64,000 nt of DNA from an uncultured bacterium (lineage in GTDB: Bacteria > UBA8481). Position 1 is the first letter of the stretch. The number at the start of each line of letters is the position of its first letter. The position numbers and the translations under genes are program-made. The notes below the pieces were generated by a model. It did not search any database. It was not told the origin of the DNA and worked only from the letters and a program-made list of their open reading frames with translations. Positions 14,761 to 26,126 of the stretch are shown here, piece after piece. The stretch covers positions 91 through 64,090 of the forward strand of contig CAZJQD010000019.1 of the NCBI GenBank assembly GCA_964548165.1. The letters are read 5' to 3'.

Positions 14761-16146
14761 ATGACGCTTCTCATCAACAACATCCGGCACCTTGTGACGA
14801 TGGACGACAGCGGCTCGGGTGCCGAGGACAACCTCAAGGGCGCCTCCATCCTGGTCGAGGGCCCCGCGATCAAGCGTGTCTTCAAGGCCGGCGAAGTCGT
14901 CGACGTCCCGCCCGGGACCGAGATCATCGACGCCTCGCATCACCTCGTCATGCCCGGCCTTGTGAACTGCCACCACCACTTCTACCAGACGCTCACCCGC
15001 AACATCCCCCCGGCCACCAACGCCAAGCTCTTCGACTGGCTCCTCTTCCTCTACGACATCTGGGCCTGCATGAGCCCGGAGGATCTCAAGGACGCCACCG
15101 CCATCGCCGCCTCCGAGCTCATCCTCTCGGGCTGCACCACCGCGCTCGATCACTTCTACGTCTTCCCGCACGGCGAGAACGGCTACTTCGACGCCGAGGT
15201 CGAGGGCGTGATGCCTACAGGCCTGCGCCTGCACCTCACCCGCGGCTCCATGTCGCTCTCCCGGAAGGACGGCGGGCTCCCCCCGGATTCCGTCGTCCAG
15301 ACCGACCGGCAGATCCTCGACCACACGCGGGCGATGGTGGCGAAGTACCACGACGATCGAAAGTTCGGCATGCTGCGCGTCGTTCCAGCACCTTGCTCGC
15401 CCTTCTCCGTCACGACGCAGATCATGAAGGACACGGCCGCCTACGCGACGGAGAAGAACCTGACGCTCCACACGCACCTGGCGGAGACCGAGGACGAGGA
15501 CGCGTTCTGTCACAAGATGTTCGGCATGCGCCCGGTCGATTACATGGAGAGCGTCGGGTGGCTGCGCGAGGGCGCGATCTTCGCTCATTCCGTCTGGGTC
15601 AACCCGGGAGAGATCAAGCGGTACGCCCATCACAAGTGCGGCATCGCCCACTGCCCGACCTCCAACATGAGGCTCGGTTCCGGCATCGCGCCCATCGTCG
15701 AGATGCTAAGAGCCGGCGTCCGCGTCGGGCTCGGCGTCGACGGCTCCGCGTCCAACGACTCGAGCCACATGATCCAGGAGATGCGCCAGGCGCTCCTCCT
15801 TCAGCGCGTCACCAAGGGCGCGGACTGCCTGACCGTCAGGGACGCCATCCGGCTCGGCACCACCGGCGGCGCCGAGGTGCTTCGGCGCGACGACGTCGGC
15901 CTGATCCGCGCCGGCATGGCCGCCGACATCATCGGCATCGACCTCGACGAGCTCGGCTACGCGGGCGCCCAGGACGATCCCCCCGGCGCCGTCGTCCTCT
16001 GCCACACCAATCGCGTCGACTGGTCCGTCATCAACGGCCGCCCCGTCGTCCAGGGCGGCAAGCTCCTGACCGTCGACCTGCCCTCGCTCGTCGAGCGCCA
16101 CAACCGGAACGCCCACGCCCTCTACCGCCGCGCCGGCATCCGCTAA
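14761..16146 (+). CDS. amidohydrolase, 8-oxoguanine deaminase / guanine-deaminase-like
   Basis: Metal-binding motif PGLVNCHHHFYQTLTR, plus HTHLAE, GVDGSASND and CPTSNMRLGSG. Close full-length resemblance to the 8-oxoguanine deaminase subgroup of the amidohydrolase superfamily. Confidence 0.85.
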   Translation: MTLLINNIRHLVTMDDSGSGAEDNLKGASILVEGPAIKRVFKAGEVVDVPPGTEIIDASHHLVMPGLVNCHHHFYQTLTRNIPPATNAKLFDWLLFLYDIWACMSPEDLKDATAIAASELILSGCTTALDHFYVFPHGENGYFDAEVEGVMPTGLRLHLTRGSMSLSRKDGGLPPDSVVQTDRQILDHTRAMVAKYHDDRKFGMLRVVPAPCSPFSVTTQIMKDTAAYATEKNLTLHTHLAETEDEDAFCHKMFGMRPVDYMESVGWLREGAIFAHSVWVNPGEIKRYAHHKCGIAHCPTSNMRLGSGIAPIVEMLRAGVRVGLGVDGSASNDSSHMIQEMRQALLLQRVTKGADCLTVRDAIRLGTTGGAEVLRRDDVGLIRAGMAADIIGIDLDELGYAGAQDDPPGAVVLCHTNRVDWSVINGRPVVQGGKLLTVDLPSLVERHNRNAHALYRRAGIR

Positions 16147-16242
16147 GTCCCAGGCGCCAGTCGGGCAGTCGTCGATGCACGCTCCGCGCGAACCCGCACA
16201 TCGTCATTCCCCGCCTTCGCTTCCTCGGGGATAATCGAGCGC

Positions 16243-18162
16243 ATGCCGTTCGATTACAAAGCGGGATTGGAACGCACCTGGACGGAGACGGACGGCAGGG
16301 GGTCCTATGCGCGCGGCACCGCGAGCGGCCCCAATACGCGTCGCGACCATGGCCTGTTGATCTCGAGAAGCAAGGACGGCTTGGACCGCGTGCTTGTTCA
16401 CCAGTTCGAGGAGTGGATCATCATCGGCGATCGCCGCTACCCCCTCAGCTCCACCATCTACCGAGATCTCGGGTCCCCCGCACGCGTGCTCATTCATCCC
16501 GAGGGACACCTTCTCCTCGAGTCCTTTCACTCCGCCCCCTTCCCTCGCTGGGTCTTCTCCCTCGGGGCGCACCGGCTGATCCGCACGATAAGACCCCTGG
16601 GAGGAGAACCGGGGCTCGTCGCCGAATACTTGCTCATCGTCGCGCCTACCGGCAGCAATCCGGGCGCGGCAACTTCCTCGAGCCCACAGGACGCCCGCCT
16701 GGAAATTCGCCCGCTTCTCTCTGGCAGAGGCACCCAGGACCTTATGCGCGAGAACCCCGGCCTGCCGGGCGTAAACTTATCCGCTCGCGGCGATTCCCTG
16801 TCCTGGAACGGAGGCCACGGCGACCACGACCTGCACCTCGTTTGGCCCGAGACCGCCTCGTGGCGCCCGGACGCGCACTGGTACCGCCATCTCAGGCTCG
16901 TAGCCGACACCCGTGATGAAGAGTCGGTCTGGTCGCCAGGAATCCTGGAGATTCCTCTCCAGGCGGAGTGCCCCGGTTGGGTGAAGATGTGCGTCGCCAC
17001 CGCGGCTCCCGGCGCCGCGATCGCGGCTCCAATTGTTTTCACGCACGATGCGCTGACTCCCGCCGCGGCAGGCGCCGCGTTCCGGCGCTCCATTTGCTGG
17101 CAGGATGCTTCGACCGCCCATTGTGTCGTGGAACCGGGAGGTGGCGCCATCGATCCCGCGCAGACCGTCTGGACGCTCCTCTGGTGCTCTCCTCTCCTGG
17201 TAGACACCGCGCTGGACGCGTTGACGAACGGAGTCTCCAGCGGCATCGACGACCAGCCGCTCGACGTGCAACTGGCATGGACCCTTGTACTTGCGGAGCG
17301 CGCCCGGCGCGGACGACGCGACGGGAAGGCGATCGCGGCTGCACTGGGACGCGTGGACGATATCCTGGAGGGCCGCCATCCGGCCGCCCTCTGTTCGCCG
17401 AGCCTCCTCTTGAAGGTTCGTAAGCCGGGACAAAGCTGGTGGGATCGGACCGGCGAATCCTCCCCGGATTCCTGGCGACCGTTCCCGGTGGATATCGAAG
17501 CGCTCTGGGCGAATGCCCTGGCCGCCGCGGAAATCCTGGCCGCGGTGGAAGGACGATCGATGAACGCCTCCTATGGCCGCCATTTCCTCGCGGTAGCTGA
17601 CCTCCTGCGGCGCCTCTACTGGATGCCGGACCGAGCCACTCTCGCCGACACCCTGCTCCTCGAGGACGGCGAACTCCCGGGATCGACGGACGATCCACCG
17701 GACGATCGCCGCTCCAGGAGTCGACGCCTCTCCTCCGCGCCCGTCCTGGCCCAGGCCCTGCGCTTCGAGATCCTGCCGCCCTCGCGGGCGCGAGCCGTCC
17801 TGGAGACCACGCGAAGACTGCTGGCCCTGGAGTCCCATCCGCGTACGCGACGTGAGCCGGGAACGCTCATTGGCCTGAGGGCTTTTGCCGACCAGCGTGC
17901 CGGCTATCCCCTGCTCCTCGCCCCCTGGCACATCGCCAGGGCTCGGCTCCTGCCGGGAAAACCCACGCCGGAGCTGACCGCGGCGGCGGCACTCCGCTTC
18001 TTCTCGCGGGGTGAAGACACCAGAGTGCCCCGGGTGCTGGATCCCATTCCGCCCATACCGCAAGCAAACCCCGGTTCACCCAACCGTTTCAGCGAGGCAC
18101 CGGTCGCCATCGACGCGCTGGCCGGCCTGCTCGCGGCCACCATCGCTCAAGGGGCAAGCTGA
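16243..18162 (+). CDS. glycogen debranching enzyme-like protein (GDE_N_bis plus amylo-alpha-1,6-glucosidase (alpha/alpha)6 domain)
   Basis: The N-terminus GRGSYARGTASGPNTRRDHGLL matches the bacterial/archaeal GDE N-terminal signature. Length and C-terminal region are consistent with the GDE_C fold. Confidence 0.7.
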   Translation: MPFDYKAGLERTWTETDGRGSYARGTASGPNTRRDHGLLISRSKDGLDRVLVHQFEEWIIIGDRRYPLSSTIYRDLGSPARVLIHPEGHLLLESFHSAPFPRWVFSLGAHRLIRTIRPLGGEPGLVAEYLLIVAPTGSNPGAATSSSPQDARLEIRPLLSGRGTQDLMRENPGLPGVNLSARGDSLSWNGGHGDHDLHLVWPETASWRPDAHWYRHLRLVADTRDEESVWSPGILEIPLQAECPGWVKMCVATAAPGAAIAAPIVFTHDALTPAAAGAAFRRSICWQDASTAHCVVEPGGGAIDPAQTVWTLLWCSPLLVDTALDALTNGVSSGIDDQPLDVQLAWTLVLAERARRGRRDGKAIAAALGRVDDILEGRHPAALCSPSLLLKVRKPGQSWWDRTGESSPDSWRPFPVDIEALWANALAAAEILAAVEGRSMNASYGRHFLAVADLLRRLYWMPDRATLADTLLLEDGELPGSTDDPPDDRRSRSRRLSSAPVLAQALRFEILPPSRARAVLETTRRLLALESHPRTRREPGTLIGLRAFADQRAGYPLLLAPWHIARARLLPGKPTPELTAAAALRFFSRGEDTRVPRVLDPIPPIPQANPGSPNRFSEAPVAIDALAGLLAATIAQGAS

Positions 18163-18289
18163 AACGGCGGCGAAGGTCGCCAGCCCGATTGTCCAGGTTC
18201 ACCTCTCGCCGTGGCCGGGAGAAATTATACGGCCGAGTGCTCCTCGAAGTTCGATCGGCGGCGAACGTCACAGGTGATAGAATGAGCTC

Positions 18290-18670
18290 GTGAGACGACC
18301 TCTCCCCGATCACCTGCGCTCATTCACGCTCCGCGGCGCGCGCCAGACCCTGAAGCACGTGCGGCGCATCACGGCATCGTGCCGCGAGGAGATGGAGCAC
18401 CTGTGGCAGGAGCTGGGGCCGAACGCCGACCCGGATCGACTTCACCTCTTCTTCGTGCGCATGAACGTCGTCAAGGATCGCTGGTATCACGCCATGAAAC
18501 TCCTGGGGATATGGCCTCGCAAGCTCTGGGAGGTCGATTTCAATGGCGGAGACGGGAGCTTCTACTCCTGGCGAACAGGAGACGAGGATATCAAGAGCAT
18601 GCACCGGGATCCCTACGCGACGTATCCCCGCCGCGTCACTGTTCCGAGCAAGCAGCGGAAGACAAAGTAG
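18290..18670 (+). CDS. hypothetical protein
   Basis: 126-codon ORF with typical codon bias. GTG start lies 6 nt after an extended -10 box (TGATAGAAT, 18275-18283). No recognisable domain. Confidence 0.4.
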   Translation: MRRPLPDHLRSFTLRGARQTLKHVRRITASCREEMEHLWQELGPNADPDRLHLFFVRMNVVKDRWYHAMKLLGIWPRKLWEVDFNGGDGSFYSWRTGDEDIKSMHRDPYATYPRRVTVPSKQRKTK

Positions 18671-18705
18671 CCGGCGCCCAACCGGCCATCATGCAGGGGA
18701 CTGGC

Positions 18706-19161
18706 TCAGCAGGGATTGCCGCTCGCCTGCCCGACGCGTCCCGACTGGCTTGAATAGAAGCGATAGTTGTCGGTTCCCTCGGAAGAGGATCCGTCGCACC
18801 CCTTGCCCCCATCCACGCCGACGCAAATGGTGTAATTCGATCCATCGCCGTTGTAAAGATAGGCCTCCCCCCAGGGGGATGTGGGTGATGTCGCCATGTA
18901 CTCCGAAACGACAAAATTGGCGACATCGGTGCCGTTCGCTGTCGTGTACACCGGCAGGACCTTCTCGACGGAATAGTAGAGCGTCAAGGCTCCGTTGATG
19001 GACCCGAAGACGCCGTCAACTTGGCCCACCTTCGAGGTGCAGAGCGCTCCGAAGAGCTTGGGGAGCGCGATCGCGGCCAGGACGCCGATGATGGCGACGA
19101 CGACAAGCAACTCGATAAGGGTGAATGCTCTCGATTTCCTTCGGGCTAGCACGTTGACCAC
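18706..19161 (-). CDS. type IV pilin-like / pseudopilin protein (prepilin-type N-terminal domain), paralog 2
   Basis: Contains RAFTLIELLVVVAIIGVLAAIALP. Shares LFGA(L/I)CT(S/A)KVGQVDG, GGKGCDG and YR(F/Y)YSS motifs with the upstream paralog. GGGAG lies before the GTG start. The residue before Phe1 is Ala, not Gly. Confidence 0.85.
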   Translation of the reverse strand: MVNVLARRKSRAFTLIELLVVVAIIGVLAAIALPKLFGALCTSKVGQVDGVFGSINGALTLYYSVEKVLPVYTTANGTDVANFVVSEYMATSPTSPWGEAYLYNGDGSNYTICVGVDGGKGCDGSSSEGTDNYRFYSSQSGRVGQASGNPC

Positions 19162-19194
19162 TCGACTCCCTGGATCTGGATTCCACCACTGGAT

Positions 19195-19228
19195 AACAAA
19201 AGGGCGCCCGGAGGAACTCCGGGCGCCC
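19195..19228 (-). terminator. rho-independent terminator after pilin paralog 1
   Basis: On the minus strand GGGCGCCCGGAG-UUC-CUCCGGGCGCCC (12-bp stem) is followed by UUUUGUU. Confidence 0.8.
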
Positions 19229-19255
19229 CGAAAGACCGTGTTGATACCGCTGTGA

Positions 19256-19693
19256 TTACATCGGGAAGGTGCTGGTCTCCATCACCTTGCCAGACGCGGA
19301 GGAGTAATAGCGATAGCCGTCATTGCCTGCCGTGGAGGTGCCGTCGCAACCCTTGCCACCATCGACAACGGCCATGACGGAATAGGTCGAACCGTCACCC
19401 GTGTACTTGTAGGCGGCATTCCAGGGGCTCGAAGGAGCCGACGCCATGTACTTCGTCACGAGATAGACGTCGACATTCGCGTTGGTTGCGGTGATGGGGT
19501 AACCGTTGCTCGTGTTGTCGGCATAGTACATGGCCAGCGCCGCGTTGATGGAGCCGATCACGCCGTCGACCTGTCCGACCTTCGCCGTGCAGATCGCTCC
19601 GAACAGCTTCGGCAACGCGATTGCGGCAAGAATTCCGATGATGGCAACCACCACCAGAAGCTCGATGAGCGTGAAGCCCTTCTGTTTTCTCAT
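19256..19693 (-). CDS. type IV pilin-like protein (prepilin-type N-terminal cleavage/methylation domain), paralog 1
   Basis: Leader MRKQKG followed by FTLIELLVVVAIIGILAAIALP, with Glu5. AAGGAGAGG lies upstream of the ATG. Confidence 0.9.
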   Translation of the reverse strand: MRKQKGFTLIELLVVVAIIGILAAIALPKLFGAICTAKVGQVDGVIGSINAALAMYYADNTSNGYPITATNANVDVYLVTKYMASAPSSPWNAAYKYTGDGSTYSVMAVVDGGKGCDGTSTAGNDGYRYYSSASGKVMETSTFPM

Positions 19694-19794
19694 AACCCGG
19701 CACCTCTCCTTTTTGTACTCCGCCCCGAATCGGGGTCGATATTTGAGCCCGAACTGGACGATCCCGCTCGGGCCTTCATTCTAGGCAGAATAGA

Positions 19795-19810
19795 AGCAAG
19801 TCTTGTGCCT
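19795..19810 (-). promoter_or_regulatory. sigma-54 (RpoN) -24/-12 promoter upstream of the pilin gene
   Basis: The minus strand reads AGGCACAAGACTTGCT. GGCAC and TTGCT show the exact consensus spacing of TGGCACG-N4-TTGCW. The site is about 100 nt upstream of ATG 19693. Confidence 0.55.
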
Positions 19811-19889
19811 CAATCCAACCTACTGCATATTCTTTAGTTCCGCTCCATAGCTCATCATCTGAGGCGCAAAGCCGTCAGTGACCCGTCTC

Positions 19890-19915
19890 CCTGGTGTCGG
19901 AATCCCGACACCGGG
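19890..19915. promoter_or_regulatory. 11-bp-stem palindrome CCTGGTGTCGG-AATC-CCGACACCGGG, either a ppdK 3' hairpin or an enhancer-binding-protein site for the sigma-54 promoter
   Basis: Seen directly in the sequence. It lies 11 nt downstream of the ppdK stop (no U-tract follows) and about 80-120 bp upstream of the -24/-12 element. Confidence 0.35.
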
Positions 19916-19925
19916 GATATGGCCG

Positions 19926-22730
<2,805 letters not shown>

Positions 22731-22856
22731 GGAAATACGTCCTCCTGAAAGGGGCCCCTCCTCTGGAGGGGGGTCTGAAATTGATTCGAAACACGATACG
22801 GGCCCCGCAAAGCGTGTCAAATGAGAACTGAAACGCCGGGAAAGGAATTGGGGATA

Positions 22857-22982
22857 AGGGGGGTCAGGCTTACACATTTACACATTGACCATTATTGGCG
22901 ATAACTCTTGTTATATCAGGTGCCTTAATGCTACCGATGGCTCAACGGCTCCCGCGTGCAAATGGGAAAGCCTGACCCCCCT
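22857..22982. repeat. perfect 15-bp inverted repeat bracketing a 96-nt AT-rich island between gshA and ppdK
   Basis: AGGGGGGTCAGGCTT (22857-22871) and AAGCCTGACCCCCCT (22968-22982). The spacer contains TTACACATTTACACATTGACC and is far less GC-rich than its surroundings. The right arm overlaps the gshA stop codon. Confidence 0.85.
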
Positions 22983-24300
22983 ACCCCCTGTAGTTATTCC
23001 ATTCTTTCACAAACTCGGCGGGGTCAGCGGACTCTGCCAGTAGTCGTCGAGCCCTGTCCACGGGCGCGTCCATCGTCTCGATCCGGGCCATCAACTTCTT
23101 CATGCTCCACTCGCAGGTCCAGGTCCGAATGGTGGCGTTGATGAGCTCACGGGCCCAGGCGGCCAGGGTCCTCCCCTGGAAGACCCCGCGTAACCCCTCG
23201 CGGATCGCGATGTCACGCATCGCGGTGAACTCGCCGACCGAGAGGTGGCCCAGCAAGTCGAAGATGGCCTGGATCTCACCGTACAGGATCGAACTCCAGA
23301 AGCACGGCACCGTCGCCAGTAGATACGGCTGCGGGCTGTCCAGCGATCGGATCTCGAGGAAGCGCTTGAGCCTGGCCTCGGGAAAGGCCTGCGTCATGAT
23401 CGTCTCCAGGTCATAGACCGTCGGGCGCGCTTCCTTCATCAGCCTCCTGAGCGTCCAGCCGGTACCGTCCTCGAATCGCCCCTCGCGTTCCACGAACATC
23501 AGCGGCATGTCCATGAGCCACGCCGCGTAATCCTCCAATCCCACGTCGCGGTGAAGCATGAACTCGGGGACGTTACACCGTTCCTCGTCGGTCTCGGTCC
23601 AGATGCGGGCGCGCCACGTCGCATACGGAAGAGGCCGACCCTCGGCGATGCCGGAGGCGGCGAAGAGGGCCTGGGCAATCGGCGTGCAGAGAACGGCCGC
23701 ACGGAGCTTACGCATCGCATCGGCGCCATCGGCGTAATCCACCGCCACCTGGCAGCCGGCCGTCATCTTCATCATGAAATGGGCCAGCCGGCCCTTGCGG
23801 GCAAGATACGGGGCCATGGCGCCGTAGCGAGCCTTGGGAACCCAGGCGATCTCTTCGACCGACGAGAACGGCTGGTACCCGAGGCCCAGGTAGACGGCCC
23901 CGACCGCGGCCGCGCAATCATCGAGCTCGGCGCCCGCCGCCCGGGCGCGATCCATGAGCACGCTGATCGTCTTCTCGGGAGCGCTGGAGAATTCCGTCTG
24001 GCCGCCGGGCTCGAGCGTGATCATGGCGCCTTGGCGCTCCAGCCACGTGATGCGGCCGTTCTCCCGGCCCGCTGTCCACCCGTGCCGCTCGACCATCAGC
24101 CCCAGGATCGCCTCGACGCCTCCGGGACCGTCGTAGGGTATGGCACGACCGTCCGATAGTCGGACTCCCAGCCGTTCATACTCCATCCCCACCTTGAACT
24201 GATCGCGCGGCTTCGCGTGCCGCTCGAGGTGCGCGACGATGTCCGCCTGCGACGTCACCACCTGCTTCAACTCTTCGCCGCCCTCGATCTTCGTCGTCAT
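22981..24300 (-). CDS. gshA: glutamate--cysteine ligase (GCS2 / plant-proteobacterial type)
   Basis: 439 aa. FKVGMEYERLGV...ITLEPGGQTEFS is characteristic of the GCS2-type ligase. The ATG overlaps the upstream ABC gene stop (ATGA at 24297-24300). Confidence 0.85.
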   Translation of the reverse strand: MTTKIEGGEELKQVVTSQADIVAHLERHAKPRDQFKVGMEYERLGVRLSDGRAIPYDGPGGVEAILGLMVERHGWTAGRENGRITWLERQGAMITLEPGGQTEFSSAPEKTISVLMDRARAAGAELDDCAAAVGAVYLGLGYQPFSSVEEIAWVPKARYGAMAPYLARKGRLAHFMMKMTAGCQVAVDYADGADAMRKLRAAVLCTPIAQALFAASGIAEGRPLPYATWRARIWTETDEERCNVPEFMLHRDVGLEDYAAWLMDMPLMFVEREGRFEDGTGWTLRRLMKEARPTVYDLETIMTQAFPEARLKRFLEIRSLDSPQPYLLATVPCFWSSILYGEIQAIFDLLGHLSVGEFTAMRDIAIREGLRGVFQGRTLAAWARELINATIRTWTCEWSMKKLMARIETMDAPVDRARRLLAESADPAEFVKEWNNYRG

Positions 24301-26126
24301 GCCGCGCTCTCCCCCGCCGGACGGTCGCTCGCCGCCGTATGTTCATCGAGCTCCATCAGCCGATGCAACTTGGTGTAGAGCCCGTCGCGGGCGCGCAACT
24401 CGTCATGCGTCCCGCACTCGACGACCTGGCCGTGGTGCAGGACCGCCACGCGGTCGGCCGACTCCAGCGTCGAGAGCCGATGCGCGATGATGATCGCGGA
24501 ACGCGAGGCCAGGGCCGTCCGGATCGCAGCCCGCACCCTGGCATCGGCAATGGGGTCCAGCGCAGAGGTGGCTTCGTCGAGGATCACGAGAGCGGGATCG
24601 TAGAGGATGACGCGGGCCGCCGCCAGCAACTGCTTCTCGCCCTCCGAGAGCCGTCGCCCCCACTCCCCGAGTTTGCCGCCGCCGCCTTGCGCGGCGAGCC
24701 AGGCGGGATCCAGCCCCACGGCTCCCAGCGCGGCGCCCAGGTCCTCCTCGGAGATCGCGCGGCCCATCGTCATGTTCTCCACGACGCTGGCGTCAAAGAG
24801 GAAGACCTCCTGCGGCACCAGCGTCATCATCCGGCGACGGTCCACGAGCGGCATCGACGCCAGCTCGGCGCGGCCCCAGAGCATGCTGCCCGAGCCCGGC
24901 TCGTAGAAACCCATCAGGACGCGCGCCAGGGTCGATTTCCCGCTGCCGGTCTCCCCCAGGAGCGCCAGGTGCTTGCCGGGTTCAAGGTCGAGATCGATCC
25001 CGCGTAACACCGGTCGATCCTCGCGGTACGCGAACGTGAGATTGCGAAGAGAGAGCGCCTGGGGGGCCGAGCCGGCGCCAACCGGCTCGTTTCCATCCAG
25101 TCGCTCCGGCTCGATCGAGAAGAGCCCGTGGACGCGCTCGAGCGCCACGAGCGCCTGCTGGAAGGAGGCGAAGCGATTCGCCAGGCCCCGCAGGGGCACG
25201 AAGAATATCTGGATGTACTGCATCATGGCGATGAGGAGCCCGGCGGAGAGCCCGCTCAGGGCCCCGGACGCCCAGAGGATCGTCCCGGCCGCAATGGCGC
25301 TGAAGAGGTCGACCATGGAGAAGAAGGCCGCCTCGTAGCGATTCATGACGGTCGTCGAGGCCTGGTAGACTCCCGCGAGCTGATCGAAATCCCGCGTGAA
25401 GCGTTGCTCCGCCGCCAGGACCGCGATCACGTCGTGCGCGGAGAGCGCTTCCTGCGCAAACCCGTTGAGTTGAGCCGTCTGGGTGCGGATTTCTCGCGCC
25501 ACGGCCCGCATCTTCGCGCCGAGCCGCGCCGTGAAGACGAACATGGCCGGAACGACCGCCAGGCCCGCAAGCGCCAGGGGCACCGAGAGCATCAGCATCG
25601 CCCCGGCGATGGAGATGACGGAGAAGAAGTCCGAGATCAACATCAGACCCCCGGAGGCGAACATCTGGTCGATCTGCTCCAGGTCCGTGGTCAACCGCGC
25701 GACGATGCGTCCCCGCGGCTCTCGTCGGAAGAACTCGAGCGGCAGGCGCTGGAGATGAGCGAAGAGATCCTGCCGAAGAGCGCGCATGATCCGAAGGCCG
25801 ATCACGTGGAGCGTGTACTGGAAGGCGGTCTGGACGATGAAGTTCAGCGCGACCACGCCCAGCATGAAGGCGACCGCCAGCATGAGCGATCGGCTGAAGC
25901 CGTGAGGAAGGTGCTGGTCGACGATGGCCTGCACGGTGCGCGGGAGCACCAGGGGCAGGGAGACGCTCAAGGGAAGAAGGAGCAGGCCGAGCAGGTAAAG
26001 CCTCGTCTGGACGCGTGCATACGGCCAGATGAGCTTTGCGAGCCGCCAATCCAGGCCCTTCGAGGACGCGCCCGAACCGGCGCCCCCGGCCTTCCCGCCG
26101 CCGGCCGTCACGCCGCCGGCCGTCAC
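24297..26126 (-). CDS. ABC exporter, fused permease/ATPase (half-transporter B)
   Basis: Six-TM ABC_membrane region, Walker A GETGSGKST, signature LSEGEKQ and Walker B ILDEATS. The GTG start overlaps the upstream stop (GTGA at 26123-26126). Confidence 0.9.
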   Translation of the reverse strand: MTAGGVTAGGGKAGGAGSGASSKGLDWRLAKLIWPYARVQTRLYLLGLLLLPLSVSLPLVLPRTVQAIVDQHLPHGFSRSLMLAVAFMLGVVALNFIVQTAFQYTLHVIGLRIMRALRQDLFAHLQRLPLEFFRREPRGRIVARLTTDLEQIDQMFASGGLMLISDFFSVISIAGAMLMLSVPLALAGLAVVPAMFVFTARLGAKMRAVAREIRTQTAQLNGFAQEALSAHDVIAVLAAEQRFTRDFDQLAGVYQASTTVMNRYEAAFFSMVDLFSAIAAGTILWASGALSGLSAGLLIAMMQYIQIFFVPLRGLANRFASFQQALVALERVHGLFSIEPERLDGNEPVGAGSAPQALSLRNLTFAYREDRPVLRGIDLDLEPGKHLALLGETGSGKSTLARVLMGFYEPGSGSMLWGRAELASMPLVDRRRMMTLVPQEVFLFDASVVENMTMGRAISEEDLGAALGAVGLDPAWLAAQGGGGKLGEWGRRLSEGEKQLLAAARVILYDPALVILDEATSALDPIADARVRAAIRTALASRSAIIIAHRLSTLESADRVAVLHHGQVVECGTHDELRARDGLYTKLHRLMELDEHTAASDRPAGESAA

